Shown one piece after another: positions 54,426 through 64,000 of a stretch of DNA of 64,000 bases. This stretch comes from Neophaeotheca triangularis (Eukaryota): positions 310,001-374,000 of the forward strand of contig BAAIJX010000009.1 in NCBI GenBank assembly GCA_054600435.1. The letters run 5' to 3'. Positions within the stretch are counted from its first letter, which is position 1. Each line of letters starts with the position of its first letter. The notes below the pieces were generated by a model. That model did no database searches and was not told the origin of the DNA. It worked only from the letters and a program-made list of their open reading frames with translations. A program made the position numbers and the translations under genes.

Positions 54426-54737
54426 TCTTGGGTTGAGCAGGTGTTTGTGTCCGCCCTTACTACGCCACGAGTTAAACGATTGAATGGATGATGATGAAGA
54501 ATTACGGTTCTTGTTGGAAGCGCTTGAGATTGTTGTGGCGACACGGAAAAAGTATTTGAGCGTTGATCGAAAGTCTGCTTGCGCGAGGAAGTTGTGGGTG
54601 GACGTTTGGCTGTGGGCGACTATCCGTGGACGACGATGGCATGTGAAGTGTCGAATCTGAACTTGGATGGCCAAGGCACCGATGATCTGGCGGTGAAAAC
54701 CAGAATAACGATATTCCGAGGATCCCGTCGCTGAGTC

Positions 54738-54752
54738 CAAAAAAAAAAAAAA
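54738..54752. repeat. Poly(A) tract
   Basis: Read directly from the sequence. Confidence 0.8.
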
Positions 54753-55559
54753 AGAACTCCTAGAACTCCATTGATACCAAAATACATACACCATCTTTGC
54801 ACCTCACATCACCTTACATCACATCACGAGAGCCACGATTAGCCCAAAGGTTCGGAGCAGGGTTTTGAGACGAGCCCCTCTGGACTAATCAATCCTTTTC
54901 GCCATGTGATCCCTTCTCCGCCTCATCCGACTCTTTCGTCTCGGTCTTCGGCGATAAGGCTACCCGCATCACCCAAAGAAGGAAGCATGTTTGTAGACCT
55001 ATCACTATTGCTGTGTGTCCCAACTCGTAAATTCGTTCCATTCCTCCCCTCAGTTGTAACACCATGCTTTCATGCTGAATCCTTCCTGGTCCCGGTACCT
55101 TGCCGCCATGGATGCACATGGATAGGACCATACATAGTGACAATAAATAAAAGGTGTTCCTGCACGAATGCAGGAAGAGCTCGGCTCCGCGGATGCTTAG
55201 AGGCCAGTACATTAATCCGAGGATGGCGCAGTGGATTGTGAAGGCACCCGTGTAATTGATTGCGTTCCTACAACCATGGCGGTTGTCAGTCTCAATGTAC
55301 AGATCAGGTTTTCAACTAGGAACGGGCATTACCAGGCTAGGCACAGGAGACATATAATTGCTATGAGCCCTGTATCAAACGCATATAGTCAGTGTGATGA
55401 CTTAGGAGACTGGCTGCTTTCGCCATTTCTCTTTCAAAGGGCCTTGCTAACATTTCTCCTCTCGCGCGACATTGCAGGCCGATCTGAAAACATAGCGAGC
55501 CGTGGAGATGTAGAGAACCCCGTTTTGTTGCCAACTCGCCATCGTCCGATGTAGCATCT

Positions 55560-56451
55560 GCCTCACTGGTCCTTTCGCCACTGTCACTCGCGCCACGTTT
55601 GGCCCAAGTCTCGGTCGTCGTGTCAAGAGGGCCAAACTCGACCGCTACTATGTGGGGTCCACTATATGCAGTCAAGGGGGAGATCATGAAGCTAACGTCT
55701 AGGAAGGTACATGGTGTGACGATGACACAAGAGTGCTCACGGCGTAGCAGCTCCTTCTTCTCGACTCCACCGCATATGCAAGTCCCTCCAGAGCCCGCGG
55801 GAATGTTTTGGGGTGCATCGAAGAGGGTGACTCGACCCCGGCACGGGCATGACGCAGTGTCTGTATGCTGGTTGTTGGCTACGAGGTAGGGGTGATGAGC
55901 CCAAGAGGCGATGATAGCGCCGTAGAGGGTAGCTTGGGTTTCTATGACTTCGCCTCTTGCTTCGCCACGAAAGACTTGCCTGGCAGCACGGCGAAGAGCA
56001 ACAGAATCCCCACCAGTAGTCGAAGATAAGCGAGCACCCGGGCGAGAACGAGGCGCGGAAGAAAGGCAGCGGAATCGACGCCCCCAAACAACAGGGCCCG
56101 AAACTTTAGCGTAGCGTGCGTCGTGATACGGTTACTGGTGATGTAGTGGGTGTACGCGATGGCGTTCTTACTTCCACAAGGAATCAAGGCCAGTGTGGGT
56201 TTGACATAGCCAGAAGGACCACTTGGCTCCTTGAAACAGGCTTCCGACGACCCCTCGTCCGTCCGCGAAGACGCAAATGGGCAAGTTGATAGCAAGGCAT
56301 TGAGCATGTCCACGACACCCTGATCACCGCTGAGAAGGATGATGGATTGTGCTATGCCTCGCTTGGCTCGCGGAAGGATGGTCGATGTCACTAAATCGGG
56401 GATGGTATTTTCGGTAGTTGCGTGGTGAAAGGTATATTCCCGGTCCTGCAA
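55560..56451 (-). pseudogene. Decayed diacylglycerol/sphingosine kinase-like gene
   Basis: IILLSGDQGVVDMLNAL and LALIPCGSKNAIA are eroded forms of the GDG and P.GTGN motifs. In other frames follow PLPFFRASFSPG and REHSCVIVT...FMISP...VEFGPL. Frameshifts are present and no intact start exon was found. Confidence 0.7.
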
Positions 56452-56883
56452 TAGTGAGAAATGATCTCACCTTCCCGCCCTGACCCACGTAACCTCGGTG
56501 AAATGCTTATTGAAGTCTTTTTGCTTCCAGATCCATTTGTCGCGGTCAATGTTGTATTCTTGTAGCATTTACTGCCTTATTTCTTAATGACGCTGTTGTG
56601 GAATTTGTAGTCGTCGCTAGGGAGCATCGAAGGAGTATTTCCGTTTGTTCTGATTTTCATAGCTTCGTAGTGAACGAAAATAATAGGCGAGACAAGCGCA
56701 ACTATCCCCTTTAGTTGCAACAATGATGATAGGGTGTGACTACAGCTACGCGAATCACGAGCACGCAGACACAAGTGCCCGAAGGGACTGATGATCACGT
56801 GACATAACGTTGGACAGCTTCACCTCCGCTCGTATCTTGACCACACCTCATCGCGACGTCTACCTCTCATCATATTATACATC

Positions 56884-57602
56884 ATGGTCAACTTCACCGA
56901 TAACGTACCTACGCAAAAGCCGGACTTCGTCGAGCGTATGACCGCATCAATAGCTCGATGGGCACGAAAGCATAGAAGTTCGTACAGAAGCGCTCATCAG
57001 CACACTATTTTACAGCGTTCAGCCTACTAACAGACTGGCGATCACAGTCTCTGCAACAGCCTTAGCAATATTTGTGATAGCCTCTTCGCTTCCCGGTCAG
57101 CCGTACGTATCCATCAGTCACTGGCGAAGTCTCGTAAGGCACAACGCTGACAAAAGAACAACCAAGCCCTCATCACCCCTTCCTCTCACCGATTTATCTC
57201 GCCGTTTACCTCGCCGTCTTCGCAACTCTCTACCTAAGACATGTACCGATTGACTCGATTCCGTGCATTGCTCTAGGGTTCACCGCTATCGCGGTCACGA
57301 TGCCGGCTGTCGGCTTCTGGATTGCGGACGGAACGAGCCCTACTTACGCTGCATTGATCCGAACTTTAGATGATACGGGGATTGCTGCGGCTTTTAGAGC
57401 TATTAATGCAGTTTTGATGGGGAGCTCCTTACTCATCAAGGCTTGGGCGAAAGAAAGTGTGGCGCACTTAGAAGATAGTAGTGCTGACGAGAAGAGGGTT
57501 AGGGATATTGAAGAGGGCGGAGGACATGAGAAGCTAGTGGATGAAAAGCAGGGTTTGTACGAGGAAGAGGAGGCGGAAAGAAAGGGTGCTGAGGGCCACT
57601 AA
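56884..57602 (+). CDS. Hypothetical small multi-pass membrane protein (194 aa); exons 56884-56977, 57048-57102, 57167-57602
   Basis: Two introns with CTAAC/CTGAC branch points splice in frame into the 57300-57602 ORF. About four hydrophobic segments and a charged tail. Confidence 0.7.
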
Positions 57603-57989
57603 TGAGCCATTAACGGCCTGTCACGCCGAATCTGTTTCAATGCGGATCTTTTAAATGTCTAGAACGCCAATTACCCGCTGCGACGTGGTAGGACCAGGAT
57701 GCCCGAAGATCACAGTAGGGAACATTAAGGATCCCAAGTGCTATATTATACGACTTCGGCCAGTTCATTGTGCATTTACCGCTAAGGAAAGCCAGACTGC
57801 ATGTGTGCCGCCGAATGCGGTATGAAGCATTGTCAGAGTAGTTCGATTAATTCAATACCATCGCCTCGTCGTGACTGCGATCCAACCTATTATGGTTTTC
57901 GCTGCCTTCGTGAAGCTTCCATGCGTCCTGTCGAGGCTTCGTACGGGTAGCGGCGAGACTGGTGCGCGTGTCGTTTCCCCCAATTCTCA

Positions 57990-58290
57990 GGTCTTAGCGG
58001 AGCGGATCGCTAAAGCCAGGATTAACGCTAGTACCTCTACAGCAGCTCCTATTCTGCTAAACCCGCACCATTCCTAGTACACTGCTGTAGCGCACGCTCG
58101 ATAGCCTCCTCGGGCTAAAGACCCTAGAAATGAAGATAGACTATTAGAACGGCACTGACAATATAGAAAGTTCTATCGACTAGAAAGCCTATGATAACGA
58201 AAATCTCCTAAGCGAGACCTAAATAACTAAGTAGCGCTATAACGAACAATAGTTCGCACGGAAATGCCACGGCTAGTAGTACGTACCGTA
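57990..58290. other. TpA-rich, AT-rich patch resembling a RIP-mutated repeat relic
   Basis: Visually dense TAG/TAA/CTA/TAT words relative to the flanks. No ORF. RIP indices were not computed. Confidence 0.45.
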
Positions 58291-58408
58291 CAGCACAAGT
58301 CCTTCTCCCCTCATCATCCACGCCTCCAGCCGCAGCACAAATTGGAAACCCCTCTACTCTCTCAGCGCAACCAGGTCTACTTCAGCCTATTGCAGTAGAG
58401 ACCCACGA

Positions 58409-58985
58409 CTAAGCCTTGTTGAAACCATCGGATCCAGCAATGATAACATGGAACTGCTCGCGGTACTGGCCATCGTTCGTAGCCGTCTCGCGGCTCACTT
58501 TCGACCCCCAAAGGCTGCATTTGATGTTGTTAGTGGCGAGCGGGTCGGGGCAAGCCGGGGCCGGGTTGAGCGTGGGATCGCGCTCAAAGTAGATGTTGAA
58601 GCCGACGCATCCGTTGGCCTGCGAGCAGAACTCGCCGCACTGCGTCGTGTTGTAGGATTCAAGGACGTAAAATCCCATGTAGTTTGCTTGCGAAGTGGCG
58701 GCGTTTTGGTTGCGGAAGGCCGCGCTGTAGCCGCGTGGACTGGGGGCGAACTGGGAGATGGTCTGCAGGACGCCCGAGGCGCGGAAAGCGATTTCGGTTT
58801 CTGCAGGGCGATTAGCAAGGCGGTCTTGGAGTGTGGAAGCAGTGCGGCTGACGGAATGGTGGGCCGAAACCGAAGGGCTGTAGTCCGCAGGGGGCATTAG
58901 GGTCGGTGAGGTCGACCTCTTGTTGGCGGGAGACGAGAGGGGTGGCGGCGGCCAGACCGGCGAGGAGGAGAGTCTTGAAGAACAT
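58409..58985 (-). CDS. Small secreted cysteine-containing protein (174 aa) of the 'FNIYFERDP' (Apple/PAN-like) fungal family; exons 58985-58853, 58800-58409
   Basis: Signal peptide MFFKTLLLAGLAAA/TPL. A 52-nt intron (GTCAGC...GCTAAT...CAG) restores the frame. CGEFCSQANGCVGFNIYFERDPTLNPAPACPDP..TNNIKCSLWG...GQYREQFHVIIAGSDGF. Confidence 0.85.
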
Positions 58986-59569
58986 GTTTTGTTGGCTCAG
59001 TGGTTGGTTATCGGACGAGGATATTTGCGGAAACGAGTGTAGACGGTCGAGATGACTTGTGCTGTGCGGTGGTGATGCTGGAGCTGGGGGTTGGGAGTAG
59101 GGAGAAGATGCTGCTACCTTTATATGCCGACGGAGGGCTCTTGAGAGCTGTTGATGCTATGTCTGGCCTTGAAGTAGGGTTTTAAGTTTCAATAGATGAA
59201 GCCGTGAGCCTGAAGGCCACAGCAGTAAGTGAAGCCCGCGTAGGACATCGCTAGGCTGAAGCAAGATGCCATGTCGAGAATGTTTCGGCCAAGCTACCAA
59301 ACTCTGGCACCGAGCGCTGTATTGCTGCAACTTTGTCGTCGAAATCATCAGAAACACGAAAACCCCGGAGTAGACAGTTGCTTGATCGAGACCCTCTTAT
59401 TAGATACCGGTCCAGGCGAACCGTCACCTCATGAGATCTTCAGGAACGAAGCCGCGATACTGCTGATCAGCAAGCGTGGCGTAGCATGTCCGTACCTACG
59501 AGCATCGATCATACCTGAGAAGCTTCAAACAGACCGACAAAATGTAGCTTGGGTTTTCTCCGATGTGTT

Positions 59570-59603
59570 GTGACATTTCCTAGCAGGTGACATTCCCTAG
59601 CAG
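59570..59603. repeat. 17-bp tandem duplication GTGACATT(T/C)CCTAGCAG x2
   Basis: Two adjacent copies with one mismatch. Confidence 0.85.
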
Positions 59604-61017
59604 GCCGGGGTTGTCCAGTGTCAAGCCACGACAAGCTCAACGGACAGGGACGCATCAAACAAGGTTGTCTCCTTCAAAGCTAACGGGGCGTTCCCGGGTA
59701 GATGCGCATCATTGCGAGCAGGTTGCCAGACTGGTCCGTCTAGCCAATCTCACATCAATTCAAGTCCCGGTGCCGTGAATCTTCTGAGCTGCGGGTTGAT
59801 AGTCATCCCAGCCGGTAATCCAGTCTGCTCCTTGGCGTAACGCAAGGGCGTCAAAACAATCCATATGCTGGACACATAGGCGAGGTGCTCAGCATATGGG
59901 TGAATGATGATGATAACTCCCCTCGACTTCTTCAAAGACAAGAACTCGATCAAGTGCAGTGCAGTAGTCGATCATGGTACTTTCCATGATAACTTCACTA
60001 GCTCGTCGCTGGCTCTGCAAGTCGCCGTGGAGCTTGCTGTTTGCATCCAAGGCCGAGCGAGCTAGAGACGTGTACATGGATACTACCTACCTAGGTAAAG
60101 GAGATGGTGTCGTTCCCAAGCCAAGCCTCAAGAACGGGCCGCCTCCTAAGGCCGAGGCTTTTGTCAGACTTCACTTGTCGTCTGTCGATCATTCCGCACT
60201 AGCAGTAACTCAACATCAGGTAGTCCTGGAGCTTGCTTGACTTATCACGCAAAGCATTTTTGAAGATAGTCTTGCACCGCCTGCTTTGAAACGAGCAAGA
60301 AAGAGTTATTTTGCGCCGGCGGTAAAGAGACAGAAGGTTACATCTTCTCGCTATCTTTGGCTAGTCACTCGACACCTTCTTAACCACGCAGCTTGCTACC
60401 CACACAGAGAGAAGCGAAGACACCAGACATGGGGGAAACCAACCGACGACGTAACGTTAGGAGCATGGCTCATACATTCTTTGATCCCGGCTCACGTTGC
60501 TGCGCAAAAGGTGCGCATGCTGCTTCCGAACCATCCCGGGCAGCTTCGGCGCCATCCTGTTGTCCTGGCCTCATTGACCGAAGTATAATCACAGGACTGC
60601 CTGCTCCTAGAGCATCCACAAGCCGTCGTCAAACTCGTCTCTCAACCTCATACATCATATTCCTAGCTAGCTCTACAACCCCTCCCCCCCACTACAACTA
60701 TACAAACGACTAGGCCCAGCAAGAGCATCTGCTCAGCCCAAACTTATCCTCATCCATCCAGCTCCCGCAAAATGCCCAGCCCGGTAGTCTATACCATGCA
60801 AAAAACAAAAGATCCCTTTGATGCCGTATCAAGCCAGCCTGCCATCCAAAACACCTCGAAACGCCTGTACACCACAGGCAGTCCGTGACCTGCTTGGAAA
60901 CGCTCGAAAAGGACTGTACAAATCCGCCTTCCCGGTCGTTGAATAAGCCCCAGGCCTGCCGGCCAAAGCAGAGAAGCAGTTGCAAAGATTAACATTTTCT
61001 CTGCTGGCGTCTCGTAA

Positions 61018-63977
61018 TCATTTCATCATATTCTGCAAGCCCGTCCACTTCTGCTTTAATTCATCGTAGTCCGATTGCACCTGTACCAAAAGAGTCAGCT
61101 ATAGATTCCATCTTCGCCGAAGTGCAGAAGAAGAGTTGAGAAGAAAGAGAAGAAAGAAGACAAGAGAACAAGAGTGTTCCTCCCTAAGAATGAGAAATGA
61201 CTCACCTGCGCACAACTCATCTTGACCCCGACCAACTCCCTCTCCATCTCATCCATTTCCTCCTTGAGCATACGATTCTCATTCTGCACCTCGCCGTTGC
61301 GGCCAATAATTCGCTCCATTTCCTCCTTCAAGCGCTCCTCGACCTCGCCCGGCTGGCTATCGACCATCTTCTGCAACTCGGCGACCTGCACTTTCAAGCC
61401 CTCGTTGGCGTCCATGAGCGCCTCGTTAGCGACCTTAGTATGCACCACTTCGGTGGCGAGAGAGGCGTGCTCAGAGTCGAATTGCTGCGCGCGGCTCTCG
61501 AGGGACTTGACTTGGGAAGTGAGAGATGTGTTGGAAGCGCGGAGGGTTTCGAGCTCTTCTTGAATGGCTTTGTCGGACCGTTGCTGCTCTTCCCATTCGA
61601 CGGTATATGCGGCTAGAGTGTCGTCGGAGAGGGTGATGGAACAAGCGTCGCGCACGAGTTCGTCGGCTCGGTAGAGTTCGCGGTCTGCGCCGCCGCTAAC
61701 GGAGCCGAAGAAGCCACTGTCGAGGAGGGAGGAAGCGGATGGGGACTTGTCGATGTAGACGTCGAAGATGCGTTCTTTGAGGAAGGTGGTGAGATGCGCC
61801 ATGTCTTTCATGCCAAGCAGGGTGTCGCGGTTTTTCTGCAGCAGCACGACGCCGAATTTAAGAACGGCGGTGAGGCCTTCGCTGAGGATGAGGTCATAGA
61901 CACGGAGGACGAGTTGCAGGGGGAAGCGGTAGGCGAAGAGGGTGAGGAACCATTGGGTTGCATAGAGTTGAGGCCCGACATTGCGGCGCTTGAGGTGGCA
62001 GTAGAGCGCCGGCTCGAGGTCTTCGAGCATGCGGTCGAATTGATAAAGGCGGAGGTGCAAGCCAGGCATTTCGGCCGTGAACATGCTGCGGAGGTCGTGC
62101 TTGTTCATGAGCCGGACTAGCAGGCTGAAGGCTTCTTCTTCGCTCATGTTGAAGAGCAGGGGCATTGCTATGAAGTTCATGCCCTGTGCATACCCCACGC
62201 CTTCATCGAAAAGCGCGTAGGCTTTGCAGACTCCAAAGAGACCATCTTGCAGGCCTGCGGATTGTGCGTATTTGCTGTAGGAAGTTCTAGATCCCAAGTC
62301 GCGTTTGATGGCTTTTTCCAACTTGGCGAGAAATGCTTGCTCCCGCTTTTGCTTCTCCGCGAGAAGCTTGGACTGTATTTCGGTGGGCCTCTCAGCAGGG
62401 GTCGTGTTGCCGTCGACGGAAGGTGGTGGACTAGACGCTGATGTGGCTTTGGTCGAACCGGCAGAGTGTGTACTGGATCTGGAAGAGCTAACAGACTCTT
62501 CGTTGGTAGGCGCTGCAGCACCGTTGGCGCCAGCGATCGATCCTGAGCGAGAAGCGGGAGGTTTCTGCTCCGAGTCTGTACCACGAGCTTTGAGCGTCCT
62601 GTACAAGCTCTCCAAGTCATCGCTCTTGCTTTCGGCGAGGACCTGCCATATCACACCTCGAATTGCTGGTGGAATGCCTGCAGCGATGGATCTTCGAAGC
62701 TCTTCACCGCTGGTTCTTGCTACTGCAGCTGGGCCTTCTTGTACCACAGACTGCCAAAGGTCCCAGTTGACAGGGGGTGTCCCTTCGTGTGGTCCAGCCG
62801 TTAAGCCTGAAGCAGTGCCTGGTGGCAGACTAGGGTTGAGAGGTGGTGATTTAAGCAAGCCCGGGGTGGAAGCAGACCGCTCTGGCGTTGGTTCTGTATC
62901 CTCTTGCAGCGGCTCAGCAGGCGCAGACGCAAGTCCAGCATCGCTGCTTGTCCTGAAGGCTGAGTTGGTCTCTGGAGCAACGCCATCCGCGTCTAAGCCA
63001 GGATTCTGTTCGCCCTTTTGTCTCAAGCTCTTGAATTGATCTTGCAAACTCGGTCTGATGGCACTGCTATCCTCGTTGTCTACTATAGCTGCCAATGTGT
63101 TCCCACTCTCACCAACAGAGGTGACTGAAGCTCCAGTGTTCCTTCTGTCCAAGCTCCGTGGGCCACTGGGCGAGCGAGCAGACTTCCTAATGCTTGTTGC
63201 CCTCGCCAGGAAGCCTCCAAAGCCTCGCGAGACACTCCTGGCGAGGCCCTCTCTTGGCTGCGGTGAAGCTCCTACACTCGGCGTTCGTTCCGAAGAAGAC
63301 ATACGTGGTGTAAGGTCTGGTCGCGTGAGCGGAGGCGCCGGAGAGTCAATCGAAGGTACATCTGCCGACAGGCTCTGGGTGTGCGGCTGCTGGCGAGGGG
63401 ATTTCTCTGGTGATGCGCTGCGCTCTGCAACAGAGGGCTCAGATGGAGCTGGTAAATTGGGCGCCGATTCCACCAAAGCCGATCCATCGCGAGAATGCGA
63501 GACGGGGTCGGCCCCGTCGAGTCCGCCGACATCGTCTTTCTCCGCAGCAGTCTCATCAGCCTTCTCAAGCCCGTCAGGCACATGTACATGCTGAGATGTC
63601 GGCCTGGGTGTAGCAGTGTCTACGGCATCCTCAAAAGTGTCGCTTTTGGAACTCTTCATGCTCTTTGCATCGTCGTCGTCCTTGACTTTCGACTCCTCAG
63701 GTGCCTCGGCCATGCTGACGCGTATCGGGATGCCGAAGCTCCTCCTTTTCCCACCACGTTGCCCTCCTCGCAGCGATCGATCGGGACTCGGTCGTAATGA
63801 CTTTCGCCGGTCTGGGATGCCAGGAGCTTGGTTTGAAGATCCGGCAGGACTGTAAGAGTGTCGTCGATTCTCGTCGCCGGGTGTTTCTGTTGATGGCTCA
63901 AGAATGCGTGGGGAAGAAGGAGGTTGTTGATGTTGTGTGTTGTCGTCAGTTGGCCCGTTGACGTCCGGGGATAACAT
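61018..63977 (-). CDS. GYP5: TBC-domain Rab GTPase-activating protein, Gyp5-like; exons 63977-61206, 61080-61018 (5' end may extend beyond the window)
   Basis: TBC motifs GIPPAIRGVIWQ, IKRDLGSRT, GYAQGMNFIAMPLL and LYATQWFLTLFAYRFP, plus a C-terminal coiled coil. The intron at 61205-61081 (GTGAGT...GCTGAC...CAG) gives terminal VQSDYDELKQKWTGLQNMMK*. Confidence 0.92.
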
Positions 63978-64000
63978 GGCTTCGGGAGGTGCAGCTGCAG

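Noticed and set aside
55394..55487. Box C (GTGATGA) and box D (CTGA) spaced like a C/D snoRNA
   Set aside because: No convincing terminal stem or recognisable rRNA-antisense element; such short motifs occur by chance.
58853..58985. Apparent frameshift separating the signal peptide from the FNIYFERDP domain
   Set aside because: Resolved by a 52-nt intron (58852-58801) that restores the frame.
59750..60240. Short minus-strand ORFs that might be another gene relic
   Set aside because: No motif I can recognise; evidence is insufficient.

Overview
Gene-dense, GC-rich euchromatic window from a filamentous ascomycete. The short GT-AG introns with CTRAC branch points and the gene content fit Dothideomycetes, probably Capnodiales/Mycosphaerellales (inference). 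About 20 intact genes are supported: PRM1, VAM6/VPS39, a BIT61/HbrB-like TORC2 subunit, GON7, a Gag1-clamp/DUF4050 protein, myotubularin YMR1, SPO22/ZIP4 (4 exons), a CsgA-like SDR (6 exons), cytochrome c (3 exons), an Stc1-domain protein (5 exons), LSM1 (4 exons), a GTPase-like/RasGEF fusion (5 exons), a small secreted Cys protein, GYP5-like RabGAP, and several hypothetical proteins. Exon structures were traced by hand and read through in frame. Three decayed gene relics and a RIP-like TpA-rich patch lie in intergenic gaps. The most interesting signals are: (1) a ~3.9 kb single reading frame (46550-50470) broken only by three TAG codons, whose 3' part encodes three tandem degenerate chromo-like domains, near an Stc1 RNAi-chromatin adaptor; (2) recurrent TACC/GGTA motif clusters in most promoter gaps; (3) a C-rich to G-rich skew switch at the 3' end of most genes. 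No tRNA, rRNA, CRISPR or intact transposon was recognised. All family calls come from motif recognition, not database searches.
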